Source: Alphaproteobacteria bacterium
Lineage (GTDB): Bacteria; Pseudomonadota; Alphaproteobacteria; UBA828
Assembly (NCBI GenBank): GCA_963422645.2
Contig: CAXXVO010000008.1
Location: 626,510-690,509 of the forward strand
Direction: 5' to 3'
DNA length: 64,000 bases
Shown: in pieces, positions 1 through 9,451 of the stretch
Layout of the letters: each line of letters begins with the position of its first letter
How positions within the stretch are numbered: the stretch's first letter is position 1
Notes under the pieces: generated by a model
What the model saw: only the letters and a program-made list of their open reading frames with translations
The model's database searches: none
Told to the model about the DNA's origin: nothing
Position numbers and translations under genes: made by a program

Positions 1-437
1 CGCTCCAGCACAGCCTCTCGGGCGAGGCGATGGACGCGGAGATCGCGCGGCTGCTCGAGCGGCTCAACCTCGCCGGCACCGAGGATCGCCGCGTAGCTGA
101 GCTTGCGCACGGTCAGCGGCAGTGGCTCGCGATCGGCATGGCGCTTGCGATGCGGCCGGTTCTTCTGCTGCTCGACGAGCCGACCGCCGGCATGGGGCCT
201 GAGGAAACCCGGGCCACCGGCGCGCTCGTCCACTCGGTCCATGAGGAGGGCGTCACGATCGTCGTCGTGGAGCACGACATGGCGTTCGTGCGCCAGCTCG
301 GCGCACCGGTTACCGTGCTTCACTATGGGCGGGTGTTCGCCGAGGGATCGCTCGCGGCGATCGAGGGCAACGAGGACGTTCGCAACATCTATCTCGGCGG
401 GTCACGAACGATGGCCGTTCGGAACCGCCACCACTGA
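1..437 (+). CDS. ABC transporter ATP-binding subunit (LivG/UrtD-like), 5' end outside window
   Basis: LAHGQRQW signature variant, LLLLDEP Walker B, VEHDM H-loop, C-terminal VRNIYLG. Confidence 0.85.
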   Translation, partial: LQHSLSGEAMDAEIARLLERLNLAGTEDRRVAELAHGQRQWLAIGMALAMRPVLLLLDEPTAGMGPEETRATGALVHSVHEEGVTIVVVEHDMAFVRQLGAPVTVLHYGRVFAEGSLAAIEGNEDVRNIYLGGSRTMAVRNRHH

Positions 438-464
438 GACCGACAAACCAAGGGAGAGACGGCG

Positions 465-1454
465 ATGCAGAGGATCAATCGGGGCGATATTCCGAGCAAG
501 TACGCCTTCGACTGGGAAGACGAGCCGGTGCTCAGGGTGGCGCAGGGCGAGACGTTTCAGCTCGAGACCGACGACGCGCTCTCAGGCCTCATCGCCGACG
601 ACAGCGACGACCCAAAGGTGCACGACTTCACCGGCGAGCACGTGGTGGCGCTGCAGAGCGTCTGGCCGCCCAAGTACAACCCGGTGGTCGGCCCGATCTA
701 CGTGGAAGGCTGCGAGCGCGGCGACACCCTCGCCGTGAACATCCACTCGATCGACCCCTGGCGCTACGGCTTCTCGGGCATTCTGCCCGGCATCGGCCCG
801 CTGGGGGATTCGAAGCGCTGGGCGGACTGCTCGGAGGCGCACGTGCAGGTGATCGAGCATTTTCCCGGCCCAAGCGGGCATACGCGGGACGGCATGGGCA
901 AGTATTCCGACAAGCTGACCTGGGACCTGATGCCCTTCTGCGGCACGCTGGCGTGCGCGCCGGAGCGTGAGGTCTTCACCTCACTGCTGGGCCAGGGCCC
1001 CTTCGGCGGCAACATCGACTGCCGCGACGTGTGCGCCGGCCACACGATCCTGCTCAACGCCTACCACGACGGCGGCCTGCTCTATGTGGGCGACATGCAC
1101 GGCGGGCAGGGCGACACCGAGTTCACCGGCATCGCCGACGAGACGCGGGCGACGATTCAGCTGAGCGCAACGGTGATCAAGAACAAGCACGCGCCTTGTG
1201 TGCGGATCGAGAAGCCGGACAGCATCGTGGCGGTCGGCATCAACCTGCCGATGGAGCACGCGGTCTACGACGCCTGCGACAACATGATGCAGTGGCTCAG
1301 GGACGATCACGGGATCAGCGGCAAGGATATGTACATCCGCATGTCGTGCGATCCGGCGTTCCGTATCCGCACCTATCAGATGGTGCGCGCGGTGACGATC
1401 CAGCACGTCGTCGGCGCCGAGTATCCCAAGGAGCGCCTTGTCCCCGCGTTTTAG
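465..1454 (+). CDS. Acetamidase/formamidase family protein
   Basis: NPVVGPIYVEG, GPFGGNID, GDMHGGQGDTE motifs; RBS-like GGGAGAG upstream. Confidence 0.9.
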   Translation: MQRINRGDIPSKYAFDWEDEPVLRVAQGETFQLETDDALSGLIADDSDDPKVHDFTGEHVVALQSVWPPKYNPVVGPIYVEGCERGDTLAVNIHSIDPWRYGFSGILPGIGPLGDSKRWADCSEAHVQVIEHFPGPSGHTRDGMGKYSDKLTWDLMPFCGTLACAPEREVFTSLLGQGPFGGNIDCRDVCAGHTILLNAYHDGGLLYVGDMHGGQGDTEFTGIADETRATIQLSATVIKNKHAPCVRIEKPDSIVAVGINLPMEHAVYDACDNMMQWLRDDHGISGKDMYIRMSCDPAFRIRTYQMVRAVTIQHVVGAEYPKERLVPAF

Positions 1455-1500
1455 TGCCATGTTGCCGAAGTTCGCATGCATTTGTGCGGTGCCCCCAACT

Positions 1501-1531
1501 CGTCATGGCCGGACTCGTTCCGGCCATCCAC
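1501..1531. repeat. REP-like palindrome (GTCATGGCCGG...CCGGCCATCCAC), a type common in Alphaproteobacteria
   Basis: ATGGCCGG-ACTCGTT-CCGGCCAT hairpin just after the stop codon. Confidence 0.6.
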
Positions 1532-1558
1532 CCTGCGACAGAGCTGGCCGAGGGAGAT

Positions 1559-2359
1559 TGTAGGGGGACGAAAGTCATTGCGAATCCGGAAGATGCCGGG
1601 AAGAAGGCGGAAGAAGGCGGACGGTCAAGGGGTTGGCGGCGTTTCCGGGGTCTGGCGGGCCGGACGAAAGTCTTTGCGAATCCGGCCCGGAAAGGGCCGT
1701 GAATTGGCTGGAAACGGTGATTTTCGGGGCGTTTCAGGGGTGCTGAAAGGCCTGTAAATCGGCGCGGTTCCGGGGGTGCGGATTCGCCGGTAAATCCCGG
1801 TGCGGCGCGGTGCTTCGCCTCGCCCGGTCTACGATGCCGGCGTTGTCCCCGCGCCGGCCTCCTTCCCTTCGAGATCGGCGCGCCGCGGGTCGCGTGCGAT
1901 CTCCTCGTCGGAGAAGGGCTTTCGCCCGGGGTTCTCGACCTCCCAGCTTTCCATCCATGGCAGCGACTGGCATCCGCAGTTGATCGTCTCGGCGGCGGGT
2001 CCGGCGGGATCGCGGGGGTACATGAGCGAAGCGCCGCCGACGTCGAAGGGCCTGGCGGCTTCCCTGGTCTGTCCGTCGACGGCGTCGTGGGCGATGCGGC
2101 TTCTGAGCTTTCCGGAGCGTCGCCACTGCTTCTTCAGCCCCGGCAGGACCTCGGCGGCCTGCTCCATGCGCTGCTGTCCGGCCATGGAGTATGCGCGGCC
2201 GAGCTCGGTCCGCACGATTGTCAGGGCGCGGGACCTGCCGCCGCTCTTGAGGATGGCGGCGACGCGGCCGGTGGTCTCGCCGACGGGGACCGAGCCGGTC
2301 ATCCAGGCCATTCGCAAAGACTTCCGGCCGCGATTCGCAAAGACTTTCGTCCGGCTACA
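1559..2359. mobile_element. 801-bp non-autonomous Mu/Tn7-like mini-element with TGT...ACA ends
   Basis: Ends TGTAGGGGGACGAAAGTCATTGCGAAT and, reverse-complemented, TGTAGCCGGACGAAAGTCTTTGCGAAT; extra copies of the 20-bp site at 1662-1681 and 2310-2329; no TSD. Confidence 0.75.
1829..2309 (-). pseudogene. C-terminal fragment of a phage minor head/head morphogenesis protein (Mu gpF/SPP1 gp7-like)
   Basis: RALTIVRTE...KKQW...RIAHDAVDGQ...PF.VGG..LMYPRDP....ETINCGC motif. Confidence 0.8.
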
Positions 2360-3053
2360 GCCTTCCCGCCGGGCGTCACCGCCCCGGTCCAGTACGGCCC
2401 TCGCATCACCGCTTGGGTGAGTTACCTGCTGTACGCCCAGTTCGTGCCCGAGAAGCGTCTGGCCGAACTCATGAGCGACATCTTCGCGGTGTCCATCTCC
2501 ACTGCCACGATCGCCGCCATGGGCCGGCGCACAGCGCAGCGCTTCGAGGGCTTCCTCGACCATGTCGCCGATCTGATCCGCACGCAGGCGCCGGTCAAGC
2601 ACCTCGACGAGACCGGCCTGCGTATCGCCGCCCGTACCCGCTGGCTCCATGTGCTGTGCACCCCGTTGCTCACCGTCCTGCGCATCGGCGAGGGACGCGG
2701 CGATGTCGAAAAGAACCTGAAAGGCATCCTCGTCCACGACGACTTCGCCCCCTACTTCACCATCAAGGGCGTCCGCCACGGCGCCTGCAACGCACATCAC
2801 CTGCGCGAACTCCAGGCCCTGATCGACATCGAGAAGGAGGAATGGGCGGCGAGCATGCACCGCCTGCTTCAGCGCGCGCGCAGGGCCGCCCGCTTCGCCC
2901 GTGAGAAAGACCGTCAAGTCCCCGCCTCCCTGGTGGCCCGCATCTCAAGGGCATGGGACCGTATCCTCGAAGAAGCCATCGCCTTCCATGAGGCCCAACC
3001 GCCGCTCCAGATCGCAAAGCGAGGGCGAAAGAAACGCCGCATCGGCCACAACC
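2360..3053 (+). pseudogene. IS66-family single-ORF transposase, middle part; 5' part lost, interrupted at 3054
   Basis: FPPGVTAPVQYGPRI, HLDETG, LVHDDF, CNAHHLREL motifs; continues at 11919 (HN|LARRLQKHKEG). Confidence 0.85.
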
Positions 3054-5497
3054 TCAGACTTCCTGACCTCGTGATGCTGGCTGTTCTGGGCAGCGTGCCG
3101 GGAACTCCTTGAATTCTGATACATTTCGGTTGTTTCAGGCGGTTTTTCGCTGGGTGTCGCGCCCGAGGTCTGATAGTATAATTTGATACCAATTGCACGG
3201 TCTCAACCATGCCCAGTACCCTCCCAATGTGCCCTCCAGAGGCGGTCTCGATCGGCAACAGCTGCTTCGCCGTCCTGATCTCGGACGACACCTTCACCTA
3301 CTTTTCCAACCTCATTCCCTTTGACAGCCACGCCGCCGATGACCGCACGGCCATGCTCTTGCGGATCGGCCGCCTCGCGGCGATCAGCGCGGTCTCGCCG
3401 CAGGAACTGGCTGACGCTTTCGCTGTCTCGCGCGCGACGGTGCAGCGCGCACGACGGCGCTACCTGGCCGAGGGCGAAGCGGGGTTCATGAAGCCCCGGC
3501 GCGGTCGCGGGCCGTCGGTGTTCACTCCGGAGTTGGCGGAGAAGGCGACGGCGTTGCTGGCATCGGGCCTGAGCGGCTCTGCGGCGGCCCGGGTTCTCGG
3601 CGTGTCAGCGCCATCGGTCAACAAGTGGCGCCGTCAGGGACTGATCGGCAACACGGAGGCGGATGGGGAGCCCGGACGCTCAGCGCTGGCTGCGCCGCCT
3701 GACGCGGGTGCGGCTCCTGAAGGCCGTGTCGATGAAGAGAGTACCGGTGCCCCGGGGCCGGAGACGGCGCCGGGGCTGGAAGCGCAGCCGCAAACGGATC
3801 GCAGCGCGCGCGATCGGCGGGACCGGCAGGCGCCGATGGGGCGTGCGACTTGCGATGTTCCGGCTCGGGTTCTGGCCAGTTGTGGACAGGCGGGGCCGGT
3901 CGAACCGCAGTTCGCCGCCGCCGCCCGCGGTGTCCGCTTCGGCGGCGTGCTCGCCGCCCTGCCGGCCCTGCTGAAGGAAGGTCTTCTCTCCGAGACCGGT
4001 CTCCTGCCATTGCTGCCGAAGGGCTATTACGGCTTGCCTACGATCCTGCTCTTCCTGGCCTTCATGACCTTGGCGCGGGTGCGCAACCCCGAGAGCCTGC
4101 GCTACCAGGCGCCGGGCGAATGGGGCGCCATTCTCGGCCTCGATCGCTGCCCCGAGGTCAAGACGCTGCGCCGCAAGATCGCTCTCATCGCCGACGACGA
4201 GGCCGGCGTGCGGGCGTGGCAGCTCGCCCTTGCCAGGCGCTGGCAAGGCGCCGACGAGCCGGAGCTCTGGGCGACGCTGGCCATCGACGGGCACGTCAAG
4301 GTCTACTCCGGCCGCAAGGGGCGCTTGCCCAAGCACTTCGTCTCGCGCGAGAAGCTGTGCCTGCCGGCGAGCGCCAGCTACTGGATCAACGCTCTGGGCG
4401 GCAAGCCGCTGCTCTGTCTGCACAAGCCGCTGGACCCGAAGATGGTCGCGGCCATCGAAGCCGACGTGGTGCCGGCGCTGCAGGAGCTTGGGATCGTTGG
4501 CGCCGGGGCGCCGGACCTGACCGCCGAGCATCCCGGCCAGCCGGCGCTCACCCTGGTCTTCGACCGCGAGGGCTGGAGCCCGGATCTGTTCCGCCGGCTG
4601 GCGAGGCGCGGCGTCGCCTGCCTGACCTGGCACAAGAACTTCAGGGGCGAGGACTGGCCGGCCGAGGACTTCGGCGCGATGACCGTTCCCATTCACGGAC
4701 CGGCGGCGGACGGCAGCGCCACCATGCGGCTGGCTGAGAAGCCGGTGACGTTGCCGAACGGCTTCAGGGTGCGCCAGATCCGCCGCCTGCTCGACAACGG
4801 CCGTCAGGTGCCGCTGATCACCACCGATCCGCACAAGCCGATGGCTGAGGTTGCGGGCGCCATGTTCTCGCGCTGGTCGCAGGAGAACTTCTTCAAGTAC
4901 ATGCGTGACGAGTTCAATCTCGACGCCCTGCCGACCCACGAGCTCGAGCCTCTCGATCCCGCCGCCATGGTCGTCAACCCGCTGCGGCGGGCCTATGACA
5001 AGGCAATCCATCGCCTCGACCGCCAGCTTGGCCGCCTGCGCAACCGCATCGCCGACACGGCCCGGAAGAAGCAGCCGACGGCGGAACTCAGGAGGGAAGT
5101 CAGGGACCTCCAGGATGTCCGCGACATCGTCAGGGCCAGCCGCAGGGAGACGCCCAAGCACTGCCGGGCCGGCGACCTCGACGAAGCCGAGCAGCTCGAT
5201 GCCTTGCCCGCGCGCGAGCGCCTCCTCCTCGACGTCATCCGGATGATCGCCTACCGCGCCGAAACCCGCATGATGCTTCCCGTCATGCAGGCGCAGGGCC
5301 ACAAGCCCCATCCCCGGAAACTGCTTCAAGCGCTGCTCACCGCCGATGCCGACATCCTGCCGGATCCTGGCAATGGCCTCCTGCGGGTCCACATTCTTGG
5401 CCTCGCAAACGACGCCTGCGACCGTTGGATCGATGCGGTTCTGAGCGACCTGAACGCCACCGAAACGGTCTTCCCCGGCACCCGTCTGCGCATAGTC
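3054..5497 (+). mobile_element. ISX copy 1 (unclassified 2516-bp IS), left part; its last 72 bp are at 11847-11918
   Basis: IRL TCAGACTTCCTGACCTC; 3-bp TSD ACC (3051-3053 / 11919-11921); split at GTC by the 5498-11843 block. Confidence 0.9.
3177..3182 (+). promoter_or_regulatory. Putative -10 box (TATAAT) of the ISX transposase promoter
   Basis: Perfect TATAAT ~27 bp upstream of the ATG in an AT-rich patch; present in copies 1, 2, 4 and 5. Confidence 0.45.
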
Positions 5498-5518
5498 TCA
5501 GACTTCCTGACCTCGTGA
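3209..5518 (+). CDS. ISX transposase (HTH domains + IS4-superfamily-like DDE); last ~22 aa replaced by the nested insertion
   Basis: LAIDGH, LVFDREG, RWSQENFFK motifs; two N-terminal HTH-like segments. Confidence 0.85.
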   Translation: MPSTLPMCPPEAVSIGNSCFAVLISDDTFTYFSNLIPFDSHAADDRTAMLLRIGRLAAISAVSPQELADAFAVSRATVQRARRRYLAEGEAGFMKPRRGRGPSVFTPELAEKATALLASGLSGSAAARVLGVSAPSVNKWRRQGLIGNTEADGEPGRSALAAPPDAGAAPEGRVDEESTGAPGPETAPGLEAQPQTDRSARDRRDRQAPMGRATCDVPARVLASCGQAGPVEPQFAAAARGVRFGGVLAALPALLKEGLLSETGLLPLLPKGYYGLPTILLFLAFMTLARVRNPESLRYQAPGEWGAILGLDRCPEVKTLRRKIALIADDEAGVRAWQLALARRWQGADEPELWATLAIDGHVKVYSGRKGRLPKHFVSREKLCLPASASYWINALGGKPLLCLHKPLDPKMVAAIEADVVPALQELGIVGAGAPDLTAEHPGQPALTLVFDREGWSPDLFRRLARRGVACLTWHKNFRGEDWPAEDFGAMTVPIHGPAADGSATMRLAEKPVTLPNGFRVRQIRRLLDNGRQVPLITTDPHKPMAEVAGAMFSRWSQENFFKYMRDEFNLDALPTHELEPLDPAAMVVNPLRRAYDKAIHRLDRQLGRLRNRIADTARKKQPTAELRREVRDLQDVRDIVRASRRETPKHCRAGDLDEAEQLDALPARERLLLDVIRMIAYRAETRMMLPVMQAQGHKPHPRKLLQALLTADADILPDPGNGLLRVHILGLANDACDRWIDAVLSDLNATETVFPGTRLRIVSDFLTS

Positions 5519-8011
5519 TGCTGGCTGTTCTGGGCAGCGTGCCGGGAACTCCTTGAATTCTGATACATTTCGGTTGTTTCAGGCGGTTTTTCGCTGGGTG
5601 TCGCGCCCGAGGTCTGATATTATAATTTGATACCAATTGCACGGTCTCAACCATGCCCAGTACCCTCCCAATGTGCCCTCCAGAGGCGGTCTCGATCGGC
5701 AACAGCTGCTTCGCCGTCCTGATCTCGGACGACACCTTCACCTACTTTTCCAACCTCATTCCCTTTGACAGCCACGCCGCCGATGACCGCACGGCCATGC
5801 TCTTGCGGATCGGCCGCCTCGCGGCGATCAGCGCGGTCTCGCCGCAGGAACTGGCTGACGCTTTCGCTGTCTCGCGCGCGACGGTGCAGCGCGCACGACG
5901 GCGCTACCTGGCCGAGGGCGAAGCGGGGTTCATGAAGCCCCGGCGCGGTCGCGGGCCGTCGGTGTTCACTCCGGAGTTGGCGGAGAAGGCGACGGCGTTG
6001 CTGGCATCGGGCCTGAGCGGCTCTGCGGCGGCCCGGGTTCTCGGCGTGTCAGCGCCATCGGTCAACAAGTGGCGCCGTCAGGGACTGATCGGCAACACGG
6101 AGGCGGATGGGGAGCCCGGACGCTCAGCGCTGGCTGCGCCGCCTGACGCGGGTGCGGCTCCTGAAGGCCGTGTCGATGAAGAGAGTACCGGTGCCCCGGG
6201 GCCGGAGACGGCGCCGGGGCTGGAAGCGCAGCCGCAAACGGATCGCAGCGCGCGCGATCGGCGGGACCGGCAGGCGCCGATGGGGCGTGCGACTTGCGAT
6301 GTTCCGGCTCGGGTTCTGGCCAGTTGTGGACAGGCGGGGCCGGTCGAACCGCAGTTCGCCGCCGCCGCCCGCGGTGTCCGCTTCGGCGGCGTGCTCGCCG
6401 CCCTGCCGGCCCTGCTGAAGGAAGGTCTTCTCTCCGAGACCGGTCTCCTGCCATTGCTGCCGAAGGGCTATTACGGCTTGCCTACGATCCTGCTCTTCCT
6501 GGCCTTCATGACCTTGGCGCGGGTGCGCAACCCCGAGAGCCTGCGCTACCAGGCGCCGGGCGAATGGGGCGCCATTCTCGGCCTCGATCGCTGCCCCGAG
6601 GTCAAGACGCTGCGCCGCAAGATCGCTCTCATCGCCGACGACGAGGCCGGCGTGCGGGCGTGGCAGCTCGCCCTTGCCAGGCGCTGGCAAGGCCGACGAG
6701 CCGGAGCTCTGGGCGACGCTGGCCATCGACGGGCACGTCAAGGTCTACTCCGGCCGCAAGGGGCGCTTGCCCAAGCACTTCGTCTCGCGCGAGAAGCTGT
6801 GCCTGCCGGCGAGCGCCAGCTACTGGATCAACGCTCTGGGCGGCAAGCCGCTGCTCTGTCTGCACAAGCCGCTGGACCCGAAGATGGTCGCGGCCATCGA
6901 AGCCGACGTGGTGCCGGCGCTGCAGGAGCTTGGGATCGTTGGCGCCGGGGCGCCGGACCTGACCGCCGAGCATCCCGGCCAGCCGGCGCTCACCCTGGTC
7001 TTCGACCGCGAGGGCTGGAGCCCGGATCTGTTCCGCCGGCTGGCGAGGCGCGGCGTCGCCTGCCTGACCTGGCACAAGAACTTCAGGGGCGAGGACTGGC
7101 CGGCCGAGGACTTCGGCGCGATGACCGTTCCCATTCACGGACCGGCGGCGGACGGCAGCGCCACCATGCGGCTGGCTGAGAAGCCGGTGACGTTGCCGAA
7201 CGGCTTCAGGGTGCGCCAGATCCGCCGCCTGCTCGACAACGGCCGTCAGGTGCCGCTGATCACCACCGATCCGCACAAGCCGATGGCTGAGGTTGCGGGC
7301 GCCATGTTCTCGCGCTGGTCGCAGGAGAACTTCTTCAAGTACATGCGTGACGAGTTCAATCTCGACGCCCTGCCGACCCACGAGCTCGAGCCTCTCGATC
7401 CCGCCGCCATGGTCGTCAACCCGCTGCGGCGGGCCTATGACAAGGCAATCCATCGCCTCGACCGCCAGCTTGGCCGCCTGCGCAACCGCATCGCCGACAC
7501 GGCCCGGAAGAAGCAGCCGACGGCGGAACTCAGGAGGGAAGTCAGGGACCTCCAGGATGTCCGCGACATCGTCAGGGCCAGCCGCAGGGAGACGCCCAAG
7601 CACTGCCGGGCCGGCGACCTCGACGAAGCCGAGCAGCTCGATGCCTTGCCCGCGCGCGAGCGCCTCCTCCTCGACGTCATCCGGATGATCGCCTACCGCG
7701 CCGAAACCCGCATGATGCTTCCCGTCATGCAGGCGCAGGGCCACAAGCCCCATCCCCGGAAACTGCTTCAAGCGCTGCTCACCGCCGATGCCGACATCCT
7801 GCCGGATCCTGGCAATGGCCTCCTGCGGGTCCACATTCTTGGCCTCGCAAACGACGCCTGCGACCGTTGGATCGATGCGGTTCTGAGCGACCTGAACGCC
7901 ACCGAAACGGTCTTCCCCGGCACCCGTCTGCGCATAGTCTACGACATCGACGGGGCCTCGGAATCCGCGCGGCTCGTGTCACCTAAAATCAGCAGAGGTC
8001 AGGAAGTCTGA
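5498..8011 (+). mobile_element. ISX copy 2, full length, transposase frameshifted (-2 near 6692)
   Basis: IRL at 5498, IRR GAGGTCAGGAAGTCTGA ending 8011; GGCAAGGCCGAC vs intact GGCAAGGCGCCGAC. Confidence 0.92.
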
Positions 8012-8426
8012 GCATAAGGAGGGCTGCCTGCGCTTCCTCACCGACCTGCGCACGCCGTTCACGAATAACGAGGCGGAGCGTGACATCCGTATGAACAAAG
8101 TGCATGAGAAGATCTCAGGCGGCTTCCGCTCCCTGCAAGGCGCCTGCAACTTCGCCGGAATGCGCAGCGTCATCGTCACCGCTCGAAAGCAAGGCTGGAA
8201 CATCCTGCAAATCCTGGCGCACCCGGAACCGATGCAGCTGATCCCTATACTGCGCTCCTGAACTTCTCCGGCTCATCCTGAGTATCGCTGTCCTCTCATC
8301 TTGTTCGCGACGCGGCGTTCATCATCCTCTCGCGCTCAAGAGAGTAGGCACCCCCGCGGCGTGGGGGCGTTGACGCAAAAGGAACTGGCTTGTTCCATAA
8401 GAGAGAGGGGGTACCTGGGCAGTTAC
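8012..8426 (+). mobile_element. IS66 (single-ORF type) 3' fragment with right end ...GGGCAGTTAC
   Basis: FTNNEAERDIRMNKVHEKISGGFRS C-terminus, stop at 8261, TTAC terminus. Confidence 0.85.
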
Positions 8427-8701
8427 AATCGATAAGCTTTTCCCGCTCAAAGTAGGAAATAAGACGACTGTTTCTTACTCTCTCCCTAGCTGGCGCGGGA
8501 AGACAGCATACAGAGTAGTAGCCTACAAGGAGGTCAAGACGTTGCTGGGACAACGACCAGTATTCGTGATCGCGTACGTGGACAGCGGAGATGGAAACTA
8601 CCGGGCAAAAGGTTGGAATCATTACGATCCAGAACTCGGATTTTGGCACCGCGGAGTCTACACAATTTTGAGCGGCACCGGCGGCGAGTTGAAAATGTGG
8701 A
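8427..8701 (+). pseudogene. Internal fragment of an unknown lower-GC gene trapped between IS ends
   Basis: Open frame IDKLFPLKVGNKTTVSY...HYDPELGFWHRGVY with neither start nor native stop. Confidence 0.5.
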
Positions 8702-9451
8702 ACCGCTTATGCACATGGCTCCGGTCGCGAGAGTTTGCCACCAGATGTTGAGGTTGAGGTTAGGGCGGGAGAACGGGTAGAATGTTGCCTATACGTTCCT
8801 GCCGACGGAGCCACTCCAGAAGCAACTCGGCATCGGCTCGTACCGAAGTGCCTGGCTGCTCGTCCACAAGCTGCGCGCCAGCATGGTCGACCCCGAGCGC
8901 AACCCGTTGTCGGGCTTGGTCGAAATCGACGAGGCCAGCCTTCCATTCCGGACCAGGAACGATCCCCCCGGCGGCGGGCAGGGGCGCAGCCACGACGGCA
9001 AGATGCTGATCATCGGCGCCATCGAACTGGGGGATGGAACCATCCCGGGCCGCCTGCGGCTGGCCGAAATCTCCTCCTACGGCGCCGCCGACCTCGGCCG
9101 CTTCATCGAAACCGCCGCCGATCCCGACGCCATCGCGAAAACCGACGGCTGGTCCGGCTACGCTGCGGTCCCCGCCGATCGCCACAATGTCCATGTCGTC
9201 GGGAAGACCGCCGCTCACCTCGTCCTGCCGTGGATCCACCAAGTCTTCTCCAACCTCAAAGGATGGGCGCGAGGCGTCTACCACGGGCTGCGCCGCAAGC
9301 ATCTGCAGGCCTATCTCGATGAGTTCGTCTTTCGCTTCAACCGCCGCAAAACCCGCCACGCTGCTTTCCGCTCGCTCTTCCGCCTCGCCACCAATGCAAA
9401 ACCCCTTACCTACAACATGTTGAGCAAGCCGGAGCCATGTGCATAAGCGGT
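8702..9451 (+). mobile_element. IS1595-family element, internally deleted (Zn-finger N-terminus missing)
   Basis: IR ACCGCTTATGCACATGGCTCCGG at both ends; VEIDE, KTDGW, NLK, YLDEFVFRFNRR motifs (8883-9446); no TSD. Confidence 0.88.

Noticed and set aside
1829-2917. 362-aa ORF as a single gene
   Set aside because: It crosses the mini-element end into antisense IS66; only 1829-2309 is phage-like.
6680-6700. Programmed ribosomal frameshift in ISX
   Set aside because: Copies 1 and 5 are in frame, the shifts differ between copies, and there is no slippery A-tract.
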